A DNA stretch of 64,000 nt. It comes from a virus. A program made the position numbers and the translations under genes. Shown in pieces: positions 37,697 to 48,143 of the stretch. How positions within the stretch are numbered: the first letter of the stretch is position 1; each line of letters opens with the position of its first letter. Where the stretch lies: the IMG/VR virus record IMGVR_UViG_3300048913_000208; one strand, 5' to 3'. The notes beneath the pieces were generated by a model that saw nothing but the letters and a program-made list of their open reading frames with translations, was not told where the DNA came from and searched no databases.

Positions 37697-39031
37697 TTAC
37701 GACATGGCTGCGATGACGGCTCTGCGACGACTGGCCAGAACGGTCTTCCCGCCTATGGTGAGGTGGTCACCATTCTTACGCACGAATTTATCCAAATCCT
37801 TGGCGACGTTGAGCGACGCTTTGGAAATGGAGATTACGGCGTTGTCGCGGTTTGCTACCAACTCACCCAAGCAACCTTCCATGAGCGTATAGCCCTGGAT
37901 GATGCTGAGCAGTGCTTTGAAGAACGGAACCAGGACTGTGGAGTAGATCTGATCCATGCCAGGCTTGAGCGAGTTCTCGTTGAAGCTGTTGATCTTCGAC
38001 AGGAGACGCTCTGTGCGCTGACTGGAGGACCGTACGGCGTCTGTGACGACCTCACCCCAGTTCATGACTGTTTGACTCACCACAGCCTGGGAGAAGGCTT
38101 CTGGACTGATGTCCATACGGTGGTTACTCCAACTGCGGAAGATCGACTTGATGAACGACGCATTCGCATGGAACGGAGTCATGTTGTCTGCGATACGGAT
38201 CTGCCCTGGTCGGTAACCATACTTCGACGACAGTGCCGCCAGTTTCCCGTTGGGAGTCTGGAACAGCTCCATCTTGGCAACCGCTGCCATGACGTCTTGT
38301 TCGGTAGCCGAATTGGTCAGATCGGTCAGTAGGGTTTCTACCGCCTCACCAAACGCTGGGACACTGACCTTCAACACGCCAGACAACATGTCGATCAGCT
38401 CGAACGAATCGGCAGGACGAGTGACCACGAAGTTACGGAACTCGTTCCAGCTCTTCGAGACATTGTGGCGCTCGCTTTCCATGACGGCCTTACGAGCCTT
38501 GGCGTAGTCAGCAGCTACCGGAGTGTCGGACATGATCTTGTCGACTTCCAGGATGAATCGCTGGATGTCAGCCAGTTTGTTTTGTACGTCGTCCACGGCA
38601 GCAGTCCGTTGAGCGTTCTGGGTGAGGAACTTCCACAGACGGGAGAGGTTGTTGACCAGGAACCTGAGTACGTCGCGCAGTGCGTTGACGACTGCGTCGT
38701 AAGCGGTTCTGGCGAAGCCTTCAGTCGAAACCTCGTAGTTGATGTTACTGGGTTCGACGGAGAAGCTATTGATCGGGTAACGCTTGAACAACTTCGCCAA
38801 CGACGGGAACGTCTCGGTCAGATCTTTGATCTGGTCCATGTCGGCGCGGCAGACACAACCGCGGTTGATGATGGCGCTGTAGACGTCGAGCAGTCGATCG
38901 GCTTGATCGATACCAGCACTCTCGGCAATATCCGAGGGCACGCCAGCAAACGACTCACTCGGATCAACATCGACTGCCAGCACCTCGTTCGATTCGAACG
39001 ACAGGTCGCCCAGGCTTACGTGTACAGTCAT
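37697..39031 (-). CDS. virion inner-head protein, prohead-protease-processed family
   Basis: SFE/SVE/STE sites followed by amphipathic helix GFARTAYDAVVNALRDVLRFL. Confidence 0.65.
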   Translation of the reverse strand: MTVHVSLGDLSFESNEVLAVDVDPSESFAGVPSDIAESAGIDQADRLLDVYSAIINRGCVCRADMDQIKDLTETFPSLAKLFKRYPINSFSVEPSNINYEVSTEGFARTAYDAVVNALRDVLRFLVNNLSRLWKFLTQNAQRTAAVDDVQNKLADIQRFILEVDKIMSDTPVAADYAKARKAVMESERHNVSKSWNEFRNFVVTRPADSFELIDMLSGVLKVSVPAFGEAVETLLTDLTNSATEQDVMAAVAKMELFQTPNGKLAALSSKYGYRPGQIRIADNMTPFHANASFIKSIFRSWSNHRMDISPEAFSQAVVSQTVMNWGEVVTDAVRSSSQRTERLLSKINSFNENSLKPGMDQIYSTVLVPFFKALLSIIQGYTLMEGCLGELVANRDNAVISISKASLNVAKDLDKFVRKNGDHLTIGGKTVLASRRRAVIAAMS

Positions 39032-39059
39032 GGTGTTTCCGTCCTTCTAAGTGGGGTGA

Positions 39060-39488
39060 TCAGGCGCCAGTCTTTTCAGAGACGCCTTCACGCAGGCAGG
39101 TGATGGTCTTGGCCAGCGTTTCACGATCCAGAGCACATTCTTCGAACTCCGGGATGTGGTCAGCGGTGTTCATCGGCTCCAGCAGATCGTGCGGGTGGCA
39201 GAAGTGCGCGAGCTCGTAGCGACGAGCGTAAACGCGGTAGCCGTAGTCGACAGCGCGGTCAACGTTGAAAGGCACGACTTCGTTGATGTCGAAGGCGACT
39301 TCACGCAGGACCTTGCTGTTGTCCATGTAGTAGTTGCGCAGGTCAGTGCGAGACACTTCAGCGCCTGGCAGCGGTACGATTGCGCCGATGGCCATGCCGA
39401 TCTGGCAGCAGGTACGCTGAGACACCTTACCGATGTCGAAGCCTTCCGGGGTGGCGTTGAAGTGGCCGTGGATTTTCAGTGCATTCAT
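39060..39488 (-). CDS. hypothetical protein in virion operon
   Basis: 142 aa between two structural genes; AAGGG RBS. Confidence 0.7.
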   Translation of the reverse strand: MNALKIHGHFNATPEGFDIGKVSQRTCCQIGMAIGAIVPLPGAEVSRTDLRNYYMDNSKVLREVAFDINEVVPFNVDRAVDYGYRVYARRYELAHFCHPHDLLEPMNTADHIPEFEECALDRETLAKTITCLREGVSEKTGA

Positions 39489-39492
39489 GGGA

Positions 39493-40803
39493 TCATCCCT
39501 TTAATTTCGCGGAGAATTCATACAGTCTGTTGTTAGCCAGGTCATCCACCATGTGTTGGTGACCGAACTCGGACTTGCGGCCAGTAGCCACATTGACGAT
39601 CCAGCGAGAGAGCTGCGAGTACACATCAGTGAAAGGATGTGCCGTTGCAACCTCTTCGTCGATCACCTCAAGGTCATTGAGGATGAGTTTCCGTGTCGCT
39701 TCATCGAGGTTCGGATTCTTCAATTCCGAGACCACGTCACGACGGATGACTTGCAGCCGCTCACGCAGTGGGGCGTGGTTACTGCCGCTCATCCGCCCCT
39801 TCAGCTCACCACCGATACCAGTCAGGAAGAAGTTGAAGGTGAACGACTTACTCGCCTGCTTCAACAACTGAATAACGGCAGGTGCCGCTACCTCAGCGCT
39901 GATACTGAACGGCAACATGACGATGTTGGTAAAGTTGAAGAGCACGCCCAACCACTTCGGATCGTAGCCAGTGCCTGCCCAGATGTGGCGAGAACGTTCA
40001 AACCGAGACATTGCTTTGACGAGGTCGGCGCCTGCACCGAACCGTACGGCAAACTGATCGGCCATGGTCTCAGCCAAGCGCTGGTCGTACCAGCGAGTGC
40101 CTACCGAGGTCTGCATCCGGCGTACCTGACCTTCCAGCACAAAGGCAGTGATGTCAGCAGCGGTGTAATCGTCACGGATATCAGCAGGAGAACCAGACAT
40201 CCGGATTGCAGCCTTACCGATGAGGAACTTCTTCTTGACATCTGCTTCCATGTCGTACTGACCCACCAGCTCAGCCAACACCACGTTGGTAGCCAGCGTC
40301 TCACCCATGTAGGCGCAGTTGACGTAAGCGTGCCCGACTTCATGTAGGTTAGCAGCTGCCAATTCGTTAGCCGGGATCTCGCCCTCGAACGTCTTGCGTG
40401 AATACGACGTACGATGAATTAGTGTGCTGAAGAACCCACTCACCCGACCTTTCGAATAGTCGACCCGACCCGTGATGGTGTCGTAGATCGACAGGTTATC
40501 CAGATCGTAGTTGCGCATCCGTTTAACGGCTTGCGGGTTGACGGGTGAGAAGGTGTTGAGGTTCGGTAGTTCGACACTGATCTCGTAGGGTCCAAAGAAC
40601 CACGAACGATCGACCAACGTCGATTCGAACTTGAGACCAGTCTCCTGGAAGATAAGGTCATTGATCTCGAGGAACACACGACGCACGAAAGATTCGTCGG
40701 TGTGATTGTCGATGATCTTCTGGAACAACTCGGTCATTCGAGGCTTCAGCGTACTGTTACGCTGCCAAGCCACCGCCTCGAAAGAAGCAGAAAGGATAGA
40801 CAT
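39493..40803 (-). CDS. virion-associated zincin-like metallopeptidase candidate
   Basis: HEVGH (HExxH) plus downstream ETMADQFA; N-terminal SFE site. Confidence 0.65.
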   Translation of the reverse strand: MSILSASFEAVAWQRNSTLKPRMTELFQKIIDNHTDESFVRRVFLEINDLIFQETGLKFESTLVDRSWFFGPYEISVELPNLNTFSPVNPQAVKRMRNYDLDNLSIYDTITGRVDYSKGRVSGFFSTLIHRTSYSRKTFEGEIPANELAAANLHEVGHAYVNCAYMGETLATNVVLAELVGQYDMEADVKKKFLIGKAAIRMSGSPADIRDDYTAADITAFVLEGQVRRMQTSVGTRWYDQRLAETMADQFAVRFGAGADLVKAMSRFERSRHIWAGTGYDPKWLGVLFNFTNIVMLPFSISAEVAAPAVIQLLKQASKSFTFNFFLTGIGGELKGRMSGSNHAPLRERLQVIRRDVVSELKNPNLDEATRKLILNDLEVIDEEVATAHPFTDVYSQLSRWIVNVATGRKSEFGHQHMVDDLANNRLYEFSAKLKG

Positions 40804-40900
40804 ACGGACTCCCCAGGGGAATAGTTCAGACTCATAGCACTCCAGTAACTTCCTAAGAGACTGTCGAATGATTTAGACGGATCGAGTTATAGAGGCATTC

Positions 40901-42733
40901 ATGTCCATACAGACTTTTGCTGGACCACGTGATATCGACGCGTTTTTACGTTCGATCCCGAAGGAACGTATCGTTTCCCGTGAATGTAAACACGCGACGT
41001 ACGTGACGCACCGAGACGAGCTGAAAGACATGCTCGTGGTGAAGGAATGGGTAACCCTGGATGACGGCAGTCGTTATCCGACCCTTAAGTTGTACGAGAA
41101 CTTCCCGCGGCCTTATTGGGTCACCAAGCCGCACTTCCGAACCCACCCGGATAAAATCCAGTTCGAAGATGTTGATCGACTGGACATGTTCAAGATTCCA
41201 CAATGTCAATTGCGTCGGGACATCTGTTTCCGATTAGGCTCTGGTAACCCAACCAACCCCATCAAGCAATTGGCGCGCAGTCCTTACGTCTACGGTCTTG
41301 ACCAAGGACCTGAGGTTTTCCTCAAGTACAGCTACATGAACAAATGGCCGGAAGCATTCCAGCCTAACCGCATCGCGGTAGTCGACGCCGAGACTGACGT
41401 AAACGGCGTCATCGACAACCGTAAGCAATTGCCGATCCTGTGGTCGCACGTTGATGACGATGAGATCATCCTCTTCGCCAACAAGCAGTGGATGTACGAC
41501 GAAACGAACTACGTCAATGAAGTCATTGCCGAGTACAAGCTCGTTCGTGAAGAGTGGGTGACCAACCTGCGTGAAACCATGAAGGAGAAGAAGGGTAAGA
41601 CCAAAGGTCAGTACCCTGAGTGGGTTGACCACATCCTGAAAATCCCGGTGCGCGTAGAAGTGCTCGACACTCACTTCGACATCACCAAAGCGATGATCGA
41701 CAACCTACACAAAACCCAGCCGGACATTGTGACCGGATGGAACGTGTTCTTCGATGCTAACGTGGTAGATCTGTCGTGTACGTATGCTGGTCATGATACG
41801 GCCATGATTACATCTGACCCCCGCGTGCCTTTCGAGTACCAGTACCAGTATCTTCGGGAAGGTCCTCGCAAGAAGAAGATGTCGTCAGGTCGTGAAATGG
41901 ACCTGGAACCACAGGAACGTTGGAACGTCGCGATGCACTCGGCCTCCTGGCGCTTCCAGGACGCGATGCAGACGTATTGGCAGTTGCGTAAGGCCAAAGG
42001 TAAGGAATCGGGCGGATACGGCTTAGGCGCGATCCTTGACCGTCAGCTGAAGTTGGGTAAGATCACCTACCCGACAGAAGACTCCAGCATCCCTGGCGGA
42101 ACGCTCCACTGGCACATGGAGATGCAGCGCAAGTACAAAGTACGGTACGGCGTGTACAACATCTTCGACTCCTTGGGTGTGTGGGTACTCGACAAGAAGA
42201 ACAACGACTTGTCTTCCCAGATCTCCTCGCTGGCAGGTCCGACCGACTATTCGAACTTCAACTCGCAACCGAAGGTCAATAGTAACGACATGCTCTTCAG
42301 TGTCTTGAAGAAGCGTCGTAAGGTTATTTGTTCGACCTCTGACCAGATGAAGACAGAACTGGACTTCAAGGTTCTGCCTAAGGAAGGTTGGATTGTCACG
42401 TTCCCTTCGTACAACGTTGTGGACTCTGGCGTGTTCTTGTTCTACGACATGCCGACTATCCAGTCGATGATCAACAGGTACTGTGCTGACGCCGACGTTG
42501 AAACGACTTACCCGACCGCTGAGATCATCCAGAACCTTTCCAAAGAGACGACAGTTGCAGAACCATGTCGAATCGATGGGGTGGGTTCAGAGACGCAGCG
42601 TAAGGCGTCTATCAACCTCACCGCAGGTCCTGTGAACTCGATTGAGATTCTGCAGACTGTTTGCAACGCACCTACCATGGATGAATGGCTCGAAGCCGCT
42701 AAAGCAGAAATGAAAGAAGAAGAAATGAGCTGA
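40901..42733 (+). CDS. family B DNA polymerase, exonuclease/N-terminal subunit of split PolB (phiKZ gp82-like)
   Basis: ExoI VDAETD, ExoII GWNVFFD, ExoIII YNIFD, motif A-like DVETTYP. Confidence 0.88.
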   Translation: MSIQTFAGPRDIDAFLRSIPKERIVSRECKHATYVTHRDELKDMLVVKEWVTLDDGSRYPTLKLYENFPRPYWVTKPHFRTHPDKIQFEDVDRLDMFKIPQCQLRRDICFRLGSGNPTNPIKQLARSPYVYGLDQGPEVFLKYSYMNKWPEAFQPNRIAVVDAETDVNGVIDNRKQLPILWSHVDDDEIILFANKQWMYDETNYVNEVIAEYKLVREEWVTNLRETMKEKKGKTKGQYPEWVDHILKIPVRVEVLDTHFDITKAMIDNLHKTQPDIVTGWNVFFDANVVDLSCTYAGHDTAMITSDPRVPFEYQYQYLREGPRKKKMSSGREMDLEPQERWNVAMHSASWRFQDAMQTYWQLRKAKGKESGGYGLGAILDRQLKLGKITYPTEDSSIPGGTLHWHMEMQRKYKVRYGVYNIFDSLGVWVLDKKNNDLSSQISSLAGPTDYSNFNSQPKVNSNDMLFSVLKKRRKVICSTSDQMKTELDFKVLPKEGWIVTFPSYNVVDSGVFLFYDMPTIQSMINRYCADADVETTYPTAEIIQNLSKETTVAEPCRIDGVGSETQRKASINLTAGPVNSIEILQTVCNAPTMDEWLEAAKAEMKEEEMS

Positions 42734-42740
42734 CATAAAG

Positions 42741-42772
42741 CCACACTACAGACCTTACGGTCTGTAGTGTGG
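42741..42772. terminator. bidirectional hairpin terminator
   Basis: 14-bp perfect stem CCACACTACAGACC-TTAC-GGTCTGTAGTGTGG. Confidence 0.8.
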
Positions 42773-42778
42773 TGAGGT

Positions 42779-45730
42779 TTATGTCCCCAAAGCGTCGTTG
42801 CGTTTGAAGTTGACTTCGATCGCATCGACCACAGCGTACTTACCGTCCGCAGTAGTTTCCAGCGCTTTAGCCAATCCAAGACGCGTCGTCTCGTCAAGCA
42901 GCACGATGACGTTGTAGTCGTTCTTGAGACCACCCAGACCCGACAGGTGTACACCGATGATGTCCGTACCGAGGTTGTCGGTAATGGCCTTCTCGATGAC
43001 GTTCCTTGCCACAGTGACGGCGTTGAGGCCGGCCACCGTTTGTGCGATAGCGCTTGCCTTGAGAGACTTGCGCAGGTCGGTATCTTTGTAGACGTCGTCC
43101 GTGACGTACAGGTCGATCGTGAGCTGTTGAGCACTGTGTAGTGTCTTGAGCTCGCCATCCTCCACCCGCGTGTCGACATAACGCAACGTCGTAAGCGGTT
43201 GGAACAGCATGATGGTTTCTGCCAACAGGTTTGGGCGCAGACTGCCCAACTGATCGTTGATCCACTCCACCAGCACGTTCGGCACGCTGGCAGTGTAGGA
43301 CACGTCACCGGCGTACGTAGCGTAACGATAGACCGCGTCAAACAACGTCAAGTCAACCCACCGCAAGATGTTTCGATCGGACTCATACACCGGGTTACCG
43401 TTCTCGTCCAACACAGCGTATCCTTTCGGATGTTGGATGATGGCTTCACCGGTGGTCTCGTCGAGTTCCAAGTCACCCTTGGCGTGGAGGAGTTTGAGGC
43501 TCTTCTTGCCATCACTGCCGGTGATGATGACGTACTGGCCGGTGACTGGGTCCTTCTCGTACTCGTTCTTCGAATACTTCTTGTAGACGTCTTCTTCGTA
43601 CGTCAGGACCTTACGGTTACCGATCATGCTCCGGCACCGTGCCCACAGCCCGGAGAGCTCCGCACCGAGGTTAACGATCACCGATTCCTGATAGACGCCA
43701 ACAGAGCCCTTCGGCAGCAACCACGTACCCATGACCTGATCGATGTCGGTCGGCTCAGAACCATCGGCCACGTAATCACTCACAGCCCACACCAACGTGA
43801 ACGGTGCGCTTAACGGTGTTGAATATTTACGCTCGATCGCTTCGAACATCGAGAAGTTGGTGGTGATCAACGCATGGTCGTCGTCAATGTCCCAACGAGT
43901 GTTGATACGGAACCGGAAGATGCGTTCCTTCGAACCCGGATCAACGGCCATCTGAGTGCCGCTCACGAAAGCGAGCTTACTCTCACCGATAGGAACGAAG
44001 CCCAACTGTACATGGACCTGCTCATCCTTCAACTCCTTCCAGGTGTCGTTGGACGTGGCCATGATATCGATCTGGTAGCCGTTCTCATCCCTGACAATCG
44101 ATTTGACCTTGCTGCTGCCAATCGTCAGACCCAACGTGTCGTTACTGTCCTCGTAGGACGACAGACCGAACTTCGGATCGTTCAGGTAATAAGGACGTGC
44201 CTCGAACTTTTCCTCCTCGAAGTCAAACACGTAGTGGAACGGTGTCCACATGTAGTGCTGGCCATTGAGTTTGTTGACCTTAGCGTCGCCTTCGAGTACA
44301 TCGATAGCTTCACGTAGGTCATCCGGAACGATCTTGAGCACACCGTCGACGTATTGGTACAGCGTCTTTGGCGTGAGCGTGATTCGATCAGTGTTGTCCA
44401 CCACAGTCTTGTACTTAACCAGATCGGTCAGGGTCGACTTGAGCGTGATGACAGCTGAGTCGATACCAGTACTTGCCCGCCCACCGGTGTTGGTCGGCAT
44501 TGGTTTGGACGCAAGGTAAGTCAGGGTGGTGATGTCGTCAATCTTGGTGTCGACGTCAAAGCCCATGTTGGCGAGCTCCACACCCAACTGCGCATTACTG
44601 ATTGGAATGACCGGATCACCAATGGCGTTGTTCTTCACACGATCGCGCATGACTTCGAACGTAGGCGCAGCCGCACCACCCGAAGCGATATCCGTCGAGA
44701 AGACCGAGATGGTGCTCATGGTGTTCAGCGGTGCGTAGTAGATCCCATTATCGTCCTTGTCGAGATCAAGCCACGTTGCCGTGAAGTCACCCGGCGTCAG
44801 ACCTTCGAAGTTCTCGTTGATCGGACCTTTCGTCGTATAGACGTCAACCCGAATGCTATCGTTCACCAACGTCGACTTGTTGTAGACGTACGGCAACTCG
44901 ATCGTGAGTTCATCGTTCTCCAGCGTGTAGAGCAGCGTAGGATCGGATGCGTCAAAGACCTGCTGGGAGTTGGTGGTTTTCATCTCCACCCACTTCCCGT
45001 TGTTGCGGTTGAATGCCCGGACAAAGAAGAAGTTATCAGACAACGCCAATGTCTTCTTCAGGATCTTCGCGTCACTTACGCTGTGCACGGTTGTCGACAG
45101 ACCCATCTGTCGCAGATAGACCCGCATCCAAACCATGCGAATACGACCTTGGGTATCGGTCGCAAGCGGAGTGGTCACCACGCCCCAGTCTACGACGTTA
45201 CCACCCATCTGTTGAAGCGGAGACGGACGGCTGATGTCGTAGACGATGTCGATGCCGTTGTGGCTCTTGACGATGACGTTGATCGGATACTGGAACGTGA
45301 AGGTCATCCCGTTCACGACAATATTCGAATGTTTGGGGAACGTCAGTTTACGCGTCTTGGAGTTACCCACTCGCACCGCTTTGCTGACCAACTCATCTTC
45401 AGCCACGTAGATGTCGAACCACGCACCGCCCGGTGTGGTGAAGTCACCCACGTAGTCCCGGTCTGTCTTGTGGTACCGCAGGTCGCCCACAGTCTGCGAC
45501 ATGTTGGGGTAGGAGTGGTAGTCGATCGCTTCGTTACGCAGGATCGCACCATGCGTCATCAGAGCGTACATCTCCATGATCTCTACCGCAGGACTCGACG
45601 GGTCGACGTACAGCTGTTCGCCATTACGCAGTCGTTCCTGAATCGAGATCATGTACTGCATCACTCGAGTCGGCTCGTATCCAAAGCTCGAAAACTGAGC
45701 GAGGATTTCATCACCCGTGATAGTCATCAA
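42779..45730 (-). CDS. large virion structural protein, probable baseplate wedge (phiKZ gp87-like position)
   Basis: 983 aa, beta-rich; AGGGG RBS; synteny with the virion block. Confidence 0.6.
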   Translation of the reverse strand: MMTITGDEILAQFSSFGYEPTRVMQYMISIQERLRNGEQLYVDPSSPAVEIMEMYALMTHGAILRNEAIDYHSYPNMSQTVGDLRYHKTDRDYVGDFTTPGGAWFDIYVAEDELVSKAVRVGNSKTRKLTFPKHSNIVVNGMTFTFQYPINVIVKSHNGIDIVYDISRPSPLQQMGGNVVDWGVVTTPLATDTQGRIRMVWMRVYLRQMGLSTTVHSVSDAKILKKTLALSDNFFFVRAFNRNNGKWVEMKTTNSQQVFDASDPTLLYTLENDELTIELPYVYNKSTLVNDSIRVDVYTTKGPINENFEGLTPGDFTATWLDLDKDDNGIYYAPLNTMSTISVFSTDIASGGAAAPTFEVMRDRVKNNAIGDPVIPISNAQLGVELANMGFDVDTKIDDITTLTYLASKPMPTNTGGRASTGIDSAVITLKSTLTDLVKYKTVVDNTDRITLTPKTLYQYVDGVLKIVPDDLREAIDVLEGDAKVNKLNGQHYMWTPFHYVFDFEEEKFEARPYYLNDPKFGLSSYEDSNDTLGLTIGSSKVKSIVRDENGYQIDIMATSNDTWKELKDEQVHVQLGFVPIGESKLAFVSGTQMAVDPGSKERIFRFRINTRWDIDDDHALITTNFSMFEAIERKYSTPLSAPFTLVWAVSDYVADGSEPTDIDQVMGTWLLPKGSVGVYQESVIVNLGAELSGLWARCRSMIGNRKVLTYEEDVYKKYSKNEYEKDPVTGQYVIITGSDGKKSLKLLHAKGDLELDETTGEAIIQHPKGYAVLDENGNPVYESDRNILRWVDLTLFDAVYRYATYAGDVSYTASVPNVLVEWINDQLGSLRPNLLAETIMLFQPLTTLRYVDTRVEDGELKTLHSAQQLTIDLYVTDDVYKDTDLRKSLKASAIAQTVAGLNAVTVARNVIEKAITDNLGTDIIGVHLSGLGGLKNDYNVIVLLDETTRLGLAKALETTADGKYAVVDAIEVNFKRNDALGT

Positions 45731-45737
45731 GAGCCCC

Positions 45738-46805
45738 TTAAACCGTTTTGATCAGAGATTGGAATTCGTCGTTCGCCACCCACCACTCCATTTCTTGAGT
45801 AGCGAGGTTGATGCGAGGATACCCGTTGAAGTTACAGGCTTTCGTTGCGGCCATCGGAACCTTGGTGTAATACCGTTCACGCTTGCCGTCAGCCATGTCC
45901 TTGTTCCACATCTGCACACGCAGGTTGAACTCGAGCAACTGGATCGGATCGTTGTAGACCGCACCGATCGATGCGAACTGAACGCTGATCTCTTTGTTCT
46001 CGAAGTCAAACCCACTCGACCGGTCGTAACCGAACGAAGCACCAATCGACAGGTTCTGAGGAACACTACCGCCGGTGTGGAACCACCCCACGACATACCG
46101 CCCTGACTCATCGAACTTGTAACGCTCGATACGAGTCCAGTAGTCCATCTCGTCTGCCCTACGGTTGTAGGGGTGAGGGATGACGGGACCGATACGCAGG
46201 GCCGACATGTACGCCAACCACAACTGGAACAACCCAAGGATCGCGTTACCCTTGAAGTTGCTGAAGGTGCAGGTGATGTCGTACTTACCGTTGTACTCAC
46301 TGATACTGTCGTTCATCATCCACTGCTCCTTGAATTGCCCCTCAGGAGAAGTGTACATGTTCAGACCAATATCCGGTGGCGGAGTCATGGTCATGATGCT
46401 GTTCGTCAGTAATGTGATGTAAGGTATATGTGGATCAACCAGCGGTGAGAGCCGCGCGTCAGGAACCAGATAGGTCGTTGGATCGAGCATCATCCGAACG
46501 GCGTACTGGTACGAAGACGGGTCCTGAACCAAGAAGTTGGTCAGAATACGGGTGGTTGCGATATTATCGTATGACAAGTTGAGATTTGGCCTCGTGAACA
46601 GCACGAGACCCTGTGTTTCCTTATGCAGTGGGATCGGGGCCATGTTCGGCAAACGGTTGATGCCGTAGAACACGTCGTTGTACCGACTGTATTCGGCACC
46701 ACCGCCCATCGACCGAGAAATGGAATCGAGCAGTTCCTCGGTGCTTTTCATACCGCCACTGGTGCGGATCTGTTCGAGAAGCTCTTTGTAGATAATGTCC
46801 GACAT
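45738..46805 (-). CDS. virion structural protein, probable tube-fold baseplate/tail protein (gp88-like position)
   Basis: 355 aa, beta-strand pattern (FTRPNLNL, DITCTFSN); synteny. Confidence 0.55.
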   Translation of the reverse strand: MSDIIYKELLEQIRTSGGMKSTEELLDSISRSMGGGAEYSRYNDVFYGINRLPNMAPIPLHKETQGLVLFTRPNLNLSYDNIATTRILTNFLVQDPSSYQYAVRMMLDPTTYLVPDARLSPLVDPHIPYITLLTNSIMTMTPPPDIGLNMYTSPEGQFKEQWMMNDSISEYNGKYDITCTFSNFKGNAILGLFQLWLAYMSALRIGPVIPHPYNRRADEMDYWTRIERYKFDESGRYVVGWFHTGGSVPQNLSIGASFGYDRSSGFDFENKEISVQFASIGAVYNDPIQLLEFNLRVQMWNKDMADGKRERYYTKVPMAATKACNFNGYPRINLATQEMEWWVANDEFQSLIKTV

Positions 46806-46865
46806 TACAGTGATCTCGATCGAATAATCAGCCTGCGAAAATTAATTGAAACCCGGGAGTACGAG

Positions 46866-48116
46866 ATGAGCATCATCGGTATCATGGCTGGTGCTGGATT
46901 GAAGTTGGCCACACCTGTCGCCAGAAAGCTCGGCGAAGCAATCGTCGACAAAGTGGCGGAAAACGTTGTTGCCGAGCGGGTGGGTAACGCTCTGGACAAA
47001 ACCATTTCTGCGGTCTTCGCTGCATGGAAACAAGGTCACGGCCAGAGTCTGGTCTCTGCCTCGGCTTCCGTTCGTGTCGAACCGTACGTCCTGGTCGACG
47101 CCCGCGCCACGCGCTTACCGTACACCAAAGACGCCATGATGTTGGCGCAAAAGCTTTACTCCAGCTACTACCTGCTGGCGAACGCTGCTGAGAACACCAT
47201 CGCCGGTGCGAAGATCAGCAAACGTCTGGACAAGTTCGCGACCGATCGCGACCTGCGTAGTGCTACCACCCACTTCCTGGGTATGGAAGCCAAAGCGCCG
47301 GAATACCTGTCCCTCGAGTCATATCAATTCGGCTTGCCGTTCGTCGGCGAGGCGGCTGGGCTGAATCGCTGGGCAGATTACTCCACCGAAGCCAACGACC
47401 CAACCAAAGGCGCCAAGCCCGAAGGTAACAAGAATGGCGATGGTGCGAGCTTCAAGACCAACAACGTCATCACCGACGTGCAGAACCTCGCTGTAGGTCA
47501 AATGCTCGACGTGACCATCACAGACGGCAACCAGTCCGGTACCATTCCGGTGATGGTACGCATGCGTCCTCTGGGCATGGACCCACACGCCTTGTCTGAA
47601 ATCATTGCCTTGGGTGGTGAGAGCGACAAGATCGGTCCGCGCTGGCAGAAGTTCCGTCTGGGCGACATCCCGTCGTTCATGGACCTCGTCACCAAGCAGG
47701 ACCAGGTACGCCGCTACCGTCAAGCGCTGTACGCCGACAAGTCCGGCTACTTCCGCAAGGCGTTGGCTCGCAGCAACAAGGCGCTGTTGGCTACTGCCAT
47801 GACCGGCACTCCATCGATCGGCGACGCTGTGTCTATCGCCATCGTGACTCGTCAGACTCTGCTCGAAGCTGAAGAGAAGATGGACGGCCCAATCAGCGAC
47901 TTCGAAGTCCGTCAGAACGTGTTCGACCGCGGGATGATGATGATGATGATCGTGCTGGACGAAGATGCCGAAGTGGTCACTATCTACACCCGTGACATCG
48001 ACGACGTCGCCAAGTACACCCTGCGCGACTTGAAGTCCTCGGCAAGCTCGAACAACAACGACCTGGCCGACATCATGAAGAACTACCTGGAAGGCCGCGT
48101 GCCAGGTCGCATCTAA
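46866..48116 (+). CDS. inner-head protein (phiKZ gp89-like)
   Basis: GGGAG RBS; SLE and DYSTEA processing-type sites; strong codon bias. Confidence 0.65.
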   Translation: MSIIGIMAGAGLKLATPVARKLGEAIVDKVAENVVAERVGNALDKTISAVFAAWKQGHGQSLVSASASVRVEPYVLVDARATRLPYTKDAMMLAQKLYSSYYLLANAAENTIAGAKISKRLDKFATDRDLRSATTHFLGMEAKAPEYLSLESYQFGLPFVGEAAGLNRWADYSTEANDPTKGAKPEGNKNGDGASFKTNNVITDVQNLAVGQMLDVTITDGNQSGTIPVMVRMRPLGMDPHALSEIIALGGESDKIGPRWQKFRLGDIPSFMDLVTKQDQVRRYRQALYADKSGYFRKALARSNKALLATAMTGTPSIGDAVSIAIVTRQTLLEAEEKMDGPISDFEVRQNVFDRGMMMMMIVLDEDAEVVTIYTRDIDDVAKYTLRDLKSSASSNNNDLADIMKNYLEGRVPGRI

Positions 48117-48143
48117 CCCATCACGTCCAGCCGAGAGTGCCCT

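Noticed and set aside
39496-39502. A AAG GGA heptamer before the stop of the metalloprotease-like gene (minus strand)
   Set aside because: The -1 frame stops after a few codons and is not in frame with the next gene
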